A stretch of 39,384 nt of DNA. It comes from Bacteroidales bacterium (GTDB lineage Bacteria > Bacteroidota > Bacteroidia > Bacteroidales > UBA3663). Position numbers and translations under genes: made by a program. Shown one piece after another: positions 1 through 9,038 of the stretch (position 1 is its first letter; each line of letters opens with the position of its first letter). Below the pieces are notes generated by a model. The model had not been told where the DNA came from and did not search any database. It was given only the letters and a program-made list of their open reading frames with translations. The stretch lies in the NCBI GenBank assembly GCA_045642245.1, contig JAZUIL010000233.1, positions 1 through 39,384 on the forward strand. Direction: 5' to 3'.

Positions 1-438
1 CCTGTCTATATGGAAGGCAAGGCTCCGAATGAGTTCCAGCAGGTCGCTATATATAATAATGTGGGAGAGTTCGCTCTTTGCACCTGCCAGTTGCCTAATC
101 ATTACTGCATGACCTGCGCAGATGAGAACTTTGCAGCTTGCAGCGCCAAGACATTCACCTACGTCATCGGTGGAACATACAAAGGAGGCAACGTGCCAGA
201 GGGCATGAACCTCTACCCTATCCCAAGTGGCCAGTGGCTGAAGATACATTTCGAAGGTGGTATGGCAGCCTTTCAGGATCAATATGCCTATTTCCATGAA
301 GTATGGCTCCGACAGCATCCAGAGTTCAAGATTGCTCGTAATAGTTGTATGATGGAGTGGTATGCTGGCACAGACATCCAAAGCCCCGATTACCAGTGTG
401 GAGTGATGTTTCCATTAGAAAACATTATAAACTCATGA
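1..438 (+). CDS. GyrI-like small-molecule-binding domain protein (5'-partial; possibly the effector domain of an AraC regulator)
   Basis: Frame is open from base 1. Segments such as YVIGGTYKGGNVPEGMNLYPIPSGQWLKIHFEG, FHEVWL and MEWY...GVMFPL resemble the GyrI/AraC effector-binding fold. Confidence 0.65.
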   Translation, partial: PVYMEGKAPNEFQQVAIYNNVGEFALCTCQLPNHYCMTCADENFAACSAKTFTYVIGGTYKGGNVPEGMNLYPIPSGQWLKIHFEGGMAAFQDQYAYFHEVWLRQHPEFKIARNSCMMEWYAGTDIQSPDYQCGVMFPLENIINS

Positions 439-941
439 ATAGATTTAGTGAAATTATCGAAGAAATACAAAACATCATTCTTCGGGAAGAACCCATTCTG
501 AGGTTTCTTTCCGAGGATATCATTACCTCTCGCTTCAATCAACAGAACCGCAGCATCAAGATGCTCGTCGGCCATCTGATTGACTCGGCAAGCAACAATC
601 ATCAGCGCATGGTTCGTTTGCAATACGCTCCTCGCTGTGGTCACTCCATGCCAAATACAGAAATGGGTATGCTTGTCTTCCCTGATTATACACAGGATAA
701 CGACCTATGGATCGAACTGCAGGATTATCAGCATGAAGATTGGGACACGCTTCTATCTCTCTGGAAGTACTATAACCTCCATATCTGCCAAATTATGAAA
801 TCTGTCGATGAGATGAAACTCAATAACTATTGGATTGATTATGAAGGCTGTCGCGTGACGTTACAGGACATGATCGTTGGCTACACCAATCATTTGAATT
901 TGCATTTGAGCCAGATTCATGAACTGATGCAGAAATGTTAA
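435..941 (+). CDS. DinB/YfiT family protein
   Basis: ATG at 435 overlaps the upstream stop (ATGA). SIKMLVGHLIDSASNNHQR and YTNHLNLHLSQI give the DinB His pattern. Confidence 0.85.
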   Translation: MNRFSEIIEEIQNIILREEPILRFLSEDIITSRFNQQNRSIKMLVGHLIDSASNNHQRMVRLQYAPRCGHSMPNTEMGMLVFPDYTQDNDLWIELQDYQHEDWDTLLSLWKYYNLHICQIMKSVDEMKLNNYWIDYEGCRVTLQDMIVGYTNHLNLHLSQIHELMQKC

Positions 942-1260
942 ATTTGAGTCAATTCAATTTCGATTTCGATTTCATTTCAATTTCGCTGAGAGGGGTAAAA
1001 CGGCAATTCATCCGTCAATCCACGCTCTCAACGGGAATTACTTAAAAATTGACCCTTTTCAGTTGAGGTTTTTTACTCTTCTATTGAGGGTTTTTAAGTG
1101 TCTGTAGACTAAATTTATATAGTAAATACTTATTTTTACTCTTAAATATATATAATTAGTGTCTATCTAACTACCTAACCCCGGCTACAGATAGCTACAG
1201 ACACGATTTTGACAAAAAAGAGGAGAAATCCTTCCCGCAAATCTGAAATTGAAATTGAAA

Positions 1261-1470
1261 TCATCCATTTTTCAATACGCAAATGTGGATTTCATCATCG
1301 TGGCATCCTCTTTTCGGTACTCAATTGTGGATGCCGTCATCAATTCATCCACTTTTCAGTACCGAAAAGTGGATGCCACGACGTAAAAAGGGCCGTCAGG
1401 AAATCAAAATGGACCATTATTGAGCGATAATTGCACTTTTTGAACTCAAAATGTCCTATTATTCCTCAAT
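1261..1470. repeat. 42-bp-period array of imperfect palindromes (CATCC..GTAC..GGATG units)
   Basis: CATCC at 1262, 1304, 1346; GGAT at 1287, 1329, 1371; TCAAAATG at 1404 and 1446. Confidence 0.85.
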
Positions 1471-1480
1471 AAAAGGAGGT

Positions 1481-1520
1481 AAAAAAGAAAAAGTCCTGAA
1501 GATATCACATCTTCAGGACT
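1481..1520 (-). terminator. Intrinsic terminator ending the fructan PUL transcript
   Basis: Perfect 12-bp stem AGTCCTGAAGAT/ATCTTCAGGACT (1492-1503/1509-1520) followed by a U-rich tract on the minus strand. Confidence 0.85.
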
Positions 1521-1664
1521 GAATCAAAAACACCTATTAATAACACCAAATCTATTACCTATTCAATAAAACACTATATACCTTAAAATAAACACGCGAA
1601 AAAGGAATCACATAAACATTACCTTTTTAATTATATTATATCGCACAAAAAGCATCAAAGAGTC

Positions 1665-2540
1665 TTATGCATTGAGGATCTCCTCAGGGAACTTAGGCAT
1701 AGCACCATTCTGTGTGCATACGAAAGCTGAAGCCTGAACAGCAATGCGATGTGCATCCTGGATAGACTTACCCTTGAGGTACTGAGCTACGAAAGTAGCA
1801 GTGAAAGAGTCACCAGCGCCTACGGTATCAGCTACCTTTACCTTTGGAGTAGCCTGATAGCTGGTCTCAGTGGTAGAGAATACATAGCTACCTACAGCGC
1901 CATAGGTGAGGATCACCATCTTGAGCTTAGGATAACGAGCCAGGATCTGACGGCACATATCCTCTTCCTTACCAGTAAGACCGAGAAGTTCTGCTACGAC
2001 TACGATCTCCTCCTCATTGAGCTTGAGGATGGTAGCGCGGCGAAGGCTGTCCTCGATAACCTCCTGGCTATAGAAATGCTGACGAAGGTTGATATCATAG
2101 ATACGCTCAGTATCCATATCCATGGCGTCGATGAAGCGCATGATAGTGTCACGGCTACCTGCAGAACGCTGAGCCAAAGAACCGAAGCAAACAGCCTTGG
2201 TATCCTTAGCCAACTTCTCGAGGTCCTCGCTCCAAGGGATGTTATCCCAAGCCACGTCCTCGCAAATCTCATAAGCAGGAATACCCTCGCCAGAGAGAGT
2301 TACCTTTACAGTACCGGTTGGCTGAATGACACGAGCAATGCGGTTGTCGAGGTTCACGCCACGGACGATGTCCATGATCTCGTCACCGAGAGCGTCATTA
2401 CCGACAGCAGAAACAACTACACTATGCCAGCCGAACTGACCTACATGATATGCGAAATTGGCAGGAGCGCCACCGAACTTACGACCTTCTGGGAGGCAAT
2501 CCCAAAGTGCCTCACCCATGCCTACGATGATATTTTTCAT
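1665..2540 (-). CDS. Fructokinase (PfkB family carbohydrate kinase)
   Basis: GMGEALWD, GGAPANFA, DINLR and DTVGAGDSF PfkB motifs; fructan PUL context. True start is MKNII at 2540. Confidence 0.93.
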   Translation of the reverse strand: MKNIIVGMGEALWDCLPEGRKFGGAPANFAYHVGQFGWHSVVVSAVGNDALGDEIMDIVRGVNLDNRIARVIQPTGTVKVTLSGEGIPAYEICEDVAWDNIPWSEDLEKLAKDTKAVCFGSLAQRSAGSRDTIMRFIDAMDMDTERIYDINLRQHFYSQEVIEDSLRRATILKLNEEEIVVVAELLGLTGKEEDMCRQILARYPKLKMVILTYGAVGSYVFSTTETSYQATPKVKVADTVGAGDSFTATFVAQYLKGKSIQDAHRIAVQASAFVCTQNGAMPKFPEEILNA

Positions 2541-2543
2541 AAA

Positions 2544-2708
2544 GACCCACCCCAACCCTCCCTCATAGGGAGGGGGCATTATAGTTAGTAATGTCTATCC
2601 GGGGGTGTCGCGGTTTTTTGTGTTTGTACTATATAAATAATAAGATTATTATGACCCACATAAGTAACTTTTATTCTCCCTCCCTATGAGGGAGGGTTGG
2701 GGTGGGTC
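2544..2708. repeat. REP doublet (REPIN/MITE-like) with 31-bp perfect inverted arms
   Basis: GACCCACCCCAACCCTCCCTCATAGGGAGGG at 2544-2574 and its exact reverse complement at 2678-2708; each arm has an internal CCCTCCC-N5-GGGAGGG hairpin. Confidence 0.9.
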
Positions 2709-3866
2709 CTATTTTTTCACTTTAGCAGTCAAGAAGCAAAGGTAAGCAGCACCGACAGCCATAACGAGTACAGCACCGATAGTACCCATAGCATCGCTCA
2801 TGAAGCCCATTGCGAGTGGGAAGAGTGTACCACCGAAGAGACCCATGATCATGAGACCAGAGATTTCGTTCTGATGCTTAGGATCGTGCAGCAAAGCCTG
2901 GCTGAAGCAGATTGAGAAGACATTAGAGTTGCCATAACCAACGAGTGCAATGCCGAGGTAGAGGAGCGCCTGTGAAGTACCTACTGAGAGGCAGATCATA
3001 GAAGCGACACACATAGCTGCAGAAATGCCGAGGAAAGCCTTGCCAGAAATCTTAGCCAAGATACCAGAGCCGGTGAAACAGCCGATGGTACGGAAGATGA
3101 AGTAGAGAGAAGTAGCGAATGCAGCCTCATCCAAGCTCCAGCCGAGACGCTCGATCAAGATCTTAGGAGCATAGGTGTTAGTACCTACGTCAATACCTAC
3201 GTGACACATAATGCCGAGGAAGCAGAGAAGGATGTATGGCTTGCCAAGCAATGCGAAGCACTCACCAATAGAAGAAGCCTTGCCTTCTGCCTTTGGCTCA
3301 TCGATACGAGTTACACCCAAAGCCAAAGCTGCGAGAATACCAATCACAGCATAGATTGGGAAGAGCACGCGCCAACCGAGGCCGAATGAAGGAATCACTG
3401 CTGTTGCACCCCACATAGCAATATAAGGAGCCAGGAACGAAGCGATAGCCTTAACGAACTGACCAAAAGTCATGGTCGAAGCCAGACGCGAGTCGTCAAC
3501 AAAAAGAGCAACGAGTGGGTTCAAAGAGGTCTGCATCAATGCATTGCCAATACCAAGCAAAGAGAAAGCGCAGAGCATCACACCGTATGAATCGCCTACG
3601 AATGGAACGAGGAGCGAAAGGATGGTTACGATGATTGAGAGGAGAACGGTCTTCTTACGACCGATCTTATTCATCAGCATGCCGGTTGGCACAGAGAAGA
3701 TCAGGAACCAGAAGAATACGAGCGATGGCATGATACCTGCCTGACCGTCGGTAAGGCCGAGATCTTTCTGAACATAGTTTGATGCAATGCCTACAAGGTC
3801 TACGAAACCCATCGAGAAGAAGCAGAGCATCACTGGCAGGAGGACTGCAATACTAGTCTTTTTCAT
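2709..3866 (-). CDS. MFS sugar (fructose) permease, FucP-like
   Basis: 385-aa hydrophobic protein with MGFVDLVG, KIGRKKT and QTSLNP; sits between GH32 and fructokinase as in Bacteroides fructan PULs. Confidence 0.88.
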   Translation of the reverse strand: MKKTSIAVLLPVMLCFFSMGFVDLVGIASNYVQKDLGLTDGQAGIMPSLVFFWFLIFSVPTGMLMNKIGRKKTVLLSIIVTILSLLVPFVGDSYGVMLCAFSLLGIGNALMQTSLNPLVALFVDDSRLASTMTFGQFVKAIASFLAPYIAMWGATAVIPSFGLGWRVLFPIYAVIGILAALALGVTRIDEPKAEGKASSIGECFALLGKPYILLCFLGIMCHVGIDVGTNTYAPKILIERLGWSLDEAAFATSLYFIFRTIGCFTGSGILAKISGKAFLGISAAMCVASMICLSVGTSQALLYLGIALVGYGNSNVFSICFSQALLHDPKHQNEISGLMIMGLFGGTLFPLAMGFMSDAMGTIGAVLVMAVGAAYLCFLTAKVKK

Positions 3867-5572
3867 TATTTCTTGCTTTTGTTAACTGTTAACTTGGTAA
3901 GAGGAGCCTGTGGGAACACTAAGTTGGTAAGACAAACCTCACCATTGTTGCCAAATACCTCGACTGAAGCATTGTCGACAATGACACGGATAGAGGTCAA
4001 TGGACGATGTACAGGAGCGGTGGTAGAAGCAGGGAAGTTAGAAGAGAAGCCCTGAATACCACTCTTAGTGCGAGTCACGGTAAGGAGACGAGCAGTATCA
4101 TCATAGATAATATCTACATGTTCACCGAACTTGTTGCTGAGTGTCCATGAACCGCTACCCTTGACATTGATCGTCTGATCAGCACCCTTCAGGACGTTAT
4201 TAAGTACACCATTGTCATACTCTGGAGAAGGACGACAACCAACATAGGTCATACCATGAGCCTCATAAAGGAAGAGGTCACGAGCGATGGAGTTAGAAGA
4301 ACGGAACTGCTTGGTAGGAACAGCGTCAGCATACTCCCAGTTAGACATCCATGCGATGACGGTCTTACGGCCGTTAGGAGCACCTGAGAATGAAACGGTA
4401 GCATAGTGATCCTTGCCGTAATCCATCCACTTGCTCTCGAATGCATTGTCCTCACAAACGAAACGATGACCATCGAATTCGCCTACGAAATACTGAGTAG
4501 CTGAGCCACCGAATGGGCCACCAGGGTTGATGTTGCAGATAAGTACCCACTTAGTCTTTCCGGTCTTCTTGCCATTAGCGTCAAGGACTTCGAGTTCCAT
4601 GAGATCTGGACACTCCCATACACCCTTGTGGTTACCATAACCGAGACCGAAACGAGACTCTTCCTTCCAGTCGATGAGGTTTGGAGAAGTGTAGATGCGC
4701 ATCTCCTGACCTGCAGCGAGGATAAGATTCCAAGCGTTGATCTTCTCATTCCAGAACATATTTGGATCGCGGAAGTCAGGAATACCTGCAGCGAGAACTG
4801 GGTTGCCAGCATAGTTGATGAAAGTCTTACCACCATCGGTGCTGTAAGCCAAGCTCTGACGCTGACTGTCACCTGCAGAAGTGTAGAGAGCGATGACTGC
4901 ACCCTTGCCGAAGCCAGCAGTATTCTCCTTATCAACGACACATGAGCCAGAGAAAATAGTACCCAAAGCATTAGGAGCAATAGCTACGCCTTCGTCCTTC
5001 CAGTTGATAAGATCCTTAGAAGATGAGTGACGCCAGGTCATGTTGTTCCACTTCGAATCGTATGGACCCCACTGATAGTAGAGGTTCCAGGTCTGAGTGG
5101 TCTCATCATAGAACATACCGTTAGGGTCGTTCATCCAAGCGTAAGGAGGGGTATGATGGAAAATAGGACGCCACAATTCAGTATTGCCAGTATCGAAAGT
5201 ATTTGAAAGGCAAATCTGATCTCTCCAACGAGGTTCTACACCATGTCCGATGTTATAATCAGCTTCGCGGATATCAAGCAGTACCTTGTGGCCCTTGAAA
5301 CCCTCGAGTTCGAGAGGCATATAATAATCTACGGCTTCCTGAGCGAGACGGACGGTGAAGGTCTGCTCAAGCTTGGTGTCGCACATCAGTCGAACGTGAC
5401 TTTCTGGAGCTTTTTCCTCGATTGGGAAGAGGAGATACTTGTAGTCATCAGAAACGCGAATCATGGCGTTGCGAGTACCTACGTTTTCGACTTTTACATT
5501 GGCCTGCTGTGCAAACAAAGAAGTTGCAGCGGTGGCTAACAATGCTAAGAGGGTAAGTTTTCTGGTGTTCAT
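3866..5572 (-). CDS. GH32 beta-fructosidase/levanase with N-terminal DUF4980-like domain, signal peptide
   Basis: WMNDPNG, FSGS, FRDP and WECPD motifs; SPI-type N-terminus; stop overlaps the permease start (TAATG). Confidence 0.93.
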   Translation of the reverse strand: MNTRKLTLLALLATAATSLFAQQANVKVENVGTRNAMIRVSDDYKYLLFPIEEKAPESHVRLMCDTKLEQTFTVRLAQEAVDYYMPLELEGFKGHKVLLDIREADYNIGHGVEPRWRDQICLSNTFDTGNTELWRPIFHHTPPYAWMNDPNGMFYDETTQTWNLYYQWGPYDSKWNNMTWRHSSSKDLINWKDEGVAIAPNALGTIFSGSCVVDKENTAGFGKGAVIALYTSAGDSQRQSLAYSTDGGKTFINYAGNPVLAAGIPDFRDPNMFWNEKINAWNLILAAGQEMRIYTSPNLIDWKEESRFGLGYGNHKGVWECPDLMELEVLDANGKKTGKTKWVLICNINPGGPFGGSATQYFVGEFDGHRFVCEDNAFESKWMDYGKDHYATVSFSGAPNGRKTVIAWMSNWEYADAVPTKQFRSSNSIARDLFLYEAHGMTYVGCRPSPEYDNGVLNNVLKGADQTINVKGSGSWTLSNKFGEHVDIIYDDTARLLTVTRTKSGIQGFSSNFPASTTAPVHRPLTSIRVIVDNASVEVFGNNGEVCLTNLVFPQAPLTKLTVNKSKK

Positions 5573-5612
5573 TGTGTTTATGTTTTTGTTGTGTTTATCA
5601 GTTTTGGTGCTG

Positions 5613-5620
5613 CAAAGGTA
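5613..5620 (-). promoter_or_regulatory. Bacteroidetes sigma-A -7 element (TACCTTTG) for the GH32-permease-fructokinase unit
   Basis: TAnnTTTG match about 40 nt upstream of the 5572 start. Confidence 0.7.
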
Positions 5621-5745
5621 GTATAAATAATATAATAGGTAGTAAAAAAATCGCTCAGGAGATAAAAAAAATGTTTCAACAATAGATTTATTATAGCAAA
5701 AATACGGATTTTCTATTTCCTGAGTGATTTCTGACCAAAACTTGG

Positions 5746-7293
5746 TTATTTTTTCCAGATACTATCCAGTGTACGGAACTTGACATCGGTTGCCGACGCT
5801 GGAACAGTAATCGTATTGTATATGCTTGTAGGGAAGACCAGATTGGTCATTGCCATAGTGCCATCAGCGGAGAAAATCTCCACAGAAGACTGATCGACAT
5901 AAATGTCAAGAGTTACTGTCGATTCGGTGGTGTAGATGTTGCCATCGACCGACGGAATTGAGAAGCTGCTGACCATAGCACCTGTGGCAGAAGTACGCTT
6001 GGCGCAGATCTGACGGAAGGTGGTGTTGGTCGTGAGTTCGTACTTCTCTTTATCCTCATTGCTAAGAACGATCGAACACTTCTCAGTAATAGGAATAGTG
6101 AGTTGCAGTTGATATGCTGCTGGAGCGCTCTCCATCACATAGCTGGTGCCAGAGATATCTTGCCATTTGCCTGCGATTTTATCAATCTCCTTGACTACGC
6201 GGCTAGCGATATATGGCTTTCCGTCAATGTCAACGAGTGTAATCTCACGTGGAAGAGTAAATGCAGAACGCCATGGAGTACAAGGGACAGCTCCGGAGTA
6301 CATCCAGTTGTTCATCCAGCCGATGAGAATCTTACGATCATCAGGAGCATTGCTCCAGGTTACACCCGCGTAATTGTCCAGACCAAAGTCCATCCACATC
6401 GGGTAGTCAAGTTTGTCAGCTGTAAAGGTCTTGCCGTCAAAGTCACCGACAAAGCCCATAACACCAGAACCTCCCTTAGGACCACCTGGATTGATGTTGA
6501 CGATAAGTACCCATTTCTTGCCTCCGTTATAATCAAGGCAGATGAGGTCAGGACACTCCCACTGACAGTTCAGACAACGCTTGATGTCGGTGGTAAAGGT
6601 GCTGGCATAGCTCCAGGAACGCAAGTCGCGGCTGGTCCAGAACTCGATACCACAGCTCCAGCCTAAAGCCAGAGACATCACCCATTGTTGTGATTCTTCA
6701 TGCCAGAAGACTTTCGGATCACGGAAGTCTGGTTTGTCAGAGTTAGCGATGATCGGATTACCGCTATACTTCGTGAAAGTCATTCCTCCATCGGTACTGT
6801 AGGCCATACTCTGCTGCTGGTGCTCGCCAGCACTGGTATAGAATGCAATCAAAGTACCCTTGCCAAAACCTGCTGTGTCATCTTTGTCAATGATGGCTGA
6901 ACCGGAGAAGATATCTCCCAGATCATCCTTCATCAGTGCGGTTGGTTGTTCCTGCCAATGCATCAAGTCAGTACTTGTAGCATGTCCCCAACTCATATTA
7001 CCCCAGTCATTGCCATAAGGATTATACTGGTAATAAAGATGCCAGGTTCCGTTCAGATAGACCATACCATTAGGATCATTGACCCAGTTACGTACTGGAG
7101 TATAATGGATCTGTGGACGGTAAAGCTCTGAATAAGCGCCTTGTGGTACAGGTTCTGGTGTTGGAGTCGGTGTAGGGGTTGGTGTAGGATTGGGCGTAGG
7201 CGTCGGATTGATAATCGGATCATCACTGCCACCTTCTCCACACGAAGCCACTACAAGAAGACCTAAGGTAAGGAGGAGGAAAGATTTTTTCAT
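5746..7293 (-). CDS. GH32 fructan hydrolase, lipoprotein with Pro/Thr linker
   Basis: Lipobox VASC, NPTPTPNPTPTPTPTPTPEP linker, WVNDPNG/FSGS/FRDP/WECPD motifs. Confidence 0.92.
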   Translation of the reverse strand: MKKSFLLLTLGLLVVASCGEGGSDDPIINPTPTPNPTPTPTPTPTPEPVPQGAYSELYRPQIHYTPVRNWVNDPNGMVYLNGTWHLYYQYNPYGNDWGNMSWGHATSTDLMHWQEQPTALMKDDLGDIFSGSAIIDKDDTAGFGKGTLIAFYTSAGEHQQQSMAYSTDGGMTFTKYSGNPIIANSDKPDFRDPKVFWHEESQQWVMSLALGWSCGIEFWTSRDLRSWSYASTFTTDIKRCLNCQWECPDLICLDYNGGKKWVLIVNINPGGPKGGSGVMGFVGDFDGKTFTADKLDYPMWMDFGLDNYAGVTWSNAPDDRKILIGWMNNWMYSGAVPCTPWRSAFTLPREITLVDIDGKPYIASRVVKEIDKIAGKWQDISGTSYVMESAPAAYQLQLTIPITEKCSIVLSNEDKEKYELTTNTTFRQICAKRTSATGAMVSSFSIPSVDGNIYTTESTVTLDIYVDQSSVEIFSADGTMAMTNLVFPTSIYNTITVPASATDVKFRTLDSIWKK

Positions 7294-7295
7294 AG

Positions 7296-7411
7296 AATTA
7301 ATAATGATTAATTAATAATGATTAATGAATTGAATAAGGGGGTTCCTGCCTATAATAAACCATAGTCCAAGAAGAGACCATTATTCATTATTCATTAATC
7401 ATTATTAATTC
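7296..7411. repeat. AT-rich inverted repeat built from short TAATGA(T/A) units
   Basis: AATTAATAATGATTAATGAAT (7310-7330) is the exact reverse complement of 7390-7410; the left arm is partly duplicated. Confidence 0.7.
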
Positions 7412-7416
7412 ATAGA

Positions 7417-8928
7417 TTATCGAGTCTTCAAATACTCAATGGCATTCTTAGCCATCTGCTCGATGTTGCTCTGGTAAACGTTGGTAGAAGGCTGCTTGAG
7501 AACGTCGAAGCTGCCGTCAGCCTGCTTGAGGTAGAAGTTACAACCACCGTTACCTACGCAGATGATAGTACCCTGGAACTCGGTGTCACCCTGCTGAGCC
7601 TCCCAGACGTTGAGCTGGCTTACCCAGTTGATCTGGCTGTCCCAAGTACCGAGTGGAATGATACCGTAGGTCTTGGTTACTACATTGTAGCAAGCCTCCT
7701 CCTGGTTACCGATACCGGTGAGTACTGATGGAATGTTGAAGAACAAGCAGTTGTGATCCTCTGTGAAAGCACCGTTCTTGAATGCGATGAGCTTGGTGTT
7801 ACCAGCAGGCTCTACGTCAAGACCCTTGAAGAGTGGGTGAGTAGAAGCATCCTTCATGAAGCGACCCTCACCTGGTGCGAGCTGTACAGCCATCTTCCAG
7901 GTATCAGGGTTGTTGTCGCCCCAGTAACCGATAGCATTGTCATTCTGCTTGAGCATGTCAAGTGGCAGACGGCCGAGGTGACCTACATAAGTAGTAGCGT
8001 GGCTCCAGAGGAGGAGGCTACCGCCATTCTTATACCACTCTGCAACGTATGGAGTAGCCTTGTTGACAACCTCAGGATAATCCCAAGCTGAACCAGAAAC
8101 GTCAGGATTGTCAATATCGCGCATGAAGAATGCTACACGATATGGCTCGAGAACATCAGCAGAAGTGATGCTGCTGAATGGAACGTAGGTACCAGTTGGA
8201 TAGTTCTCGTGGAACCAAACCCAGCCATAAGCCTCGTCGTCATCACCATTAGCGATGAGCTCCTCAGGAGTATCGTACATGCTGAGGTAAGCAACAGCGA
8301 GCTTACCGATACGGAGTGAAGAGTTGATAGGAAGTGAAGTACCCTCACCATTCTCTGCTACGAGAGTTACATTCCAAACCTCACCCTCAACTACGTCAGG
8401 AATAGTGAAAGTTGTCTGGTTAGCAGAGAGAGATTCCTTGATCTGACGACCACCACCGTTCTCTGCAATGAGGTTAACCTTAGTTGCATTGCTACCAGCG
8501 GTGCTCCACTCTACGGTTGCATCATAGCCACCAACCTTCTCAACCTGTGCCATAGCAAGGTTAGAGCACTTGCCAGCACCTGGACGGGTATACTCCTTGA
8601 TAACACCCTTAGAGAAGTTGCCGTTACCGTCAGCAAGCTTCAGGATGTACATATAGTTAACGTTGGTCTCAACATCGCGGTGAGTATATGAGTTACCGCT
8701 TACTACCTCAGAACCAGCCTTGTTGCCATTAGCGTATCGTGTAACCTGCATCTGGCCAGAAGTGCCAGACCATGTGAGCACGTAGTTGTCGCCCTGAAGG
8801 CTACCCTGAATGGCATTAGCATCAGGAGCCGAGAGGACAGGATCTGCGATCTCAATGTCCATATCAGCGTTGCAGGCAGTCATCATTGCGACTGTTGCAA
8901 ATGCTGCAAAAATATATTGGATTTTCAT
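7417..8928 (-). CDS. Surface glycan-binding lipoprotein (SGBP-B; FN3-like domains plus DUF4960-like C-terminus)
   Basis: Lipobox MTAC; directly downstream of susD; GDDDEAY, WYKNGGSLLLWSHAT and EDHNC resemble DUF4960 fructan SGBPs. Confidence 0.75.
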   Translation of the reverse strand: MKIQYIFAAFATVAMMTACNADMDIEIADPVLSAPDANAIQGSLQGDNYVLTWSGTSGQMQVTRYANGNKAGSEVVSGNSYTHRDVETNVNYMYILKLADGNGNFSKGVIKEYTRPGAGKCSNLAMAQVEKVGGYDATVEWSTAGSNATKVNLIAENGGGRQIKESLSANQTTFTIPDVVEGEVWNVTLVAENGEGTSLPINSSLRIGKLAVAYLSMYDTPEELIANGDDDEAYGWVWFHENYPTGTYVPFSSITSADVLEPYRVAFFMRDIDNPDVSGSAWDYPEVVNKATPYVAEWYKNGGSLLLWSHATTYVGHLGRLPLDMLKQNDNAIGYWGDNNPDTWKMAVQLAPGEGRFMKDASTHPLFKGLDVEPAGNTKLIAFKNGAFTEDHNCLFFNIPSVLTGIGNQEEACYNVVTKTYGIIPLGTWDSQINWVSQLNVWEAQQGDTEFQGTIICVGNGGCNFYLKQADGSFDVLKQPSTNVYQSNIEQMAKNAIEYLKTR

Positions 8929-8986
8929 TTTATTTTTTTATTATAGGTTGTATTTACTCCCCATTCTTCTTAAGAAGTTTTATTTA

Positions 8987-9035
8987 CACCCCCTCCCGAT
9001 TGCTTTGTATGAGAGGGGGATAAAAGGGGATAGGT
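8987..9035. repeat. Degenerate REP-family copy between susD and SGBP
   Basis: CCCCCTC...GAGGGGG hairpin followed by a G-rich tail ending GGTC, like the other copies. Confidence 0.55.
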
Positions 9036-9038
9036 CAA

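Noticed and set aside
1209-1430. 73-aa ORF with 14-aa repeats (likewise 36259-36465 and 14378-14560)
   Set aside because: Non-ATG starts, and the periodicity is explained by DNA-level palindromic arrays; not called as genes, though translation is not excluded.
2541-2579. N-terminal extensions in the ORF track (fructokinase, susC, upp, HTCS, second M14, amtB)
   Set aside because: They run into REP elements, promoters or leaders; downstream ATGs fit family N-termini and signal peptides better.
1749-2588. Long antisense or alternate-frame ORFs over real genes (also 6103-6666, 17233-17790, 19079-19678, 37502-38017, 38078-38557)
   Set aside because: Shadow ORFs from codon bias; no recognisable motifs.
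7155-7210. Pro-Thr repeat as a phase-variable contingency locus
   Set aside because: Codons vary between units, so it is a protein linker rather than a slippage tract.
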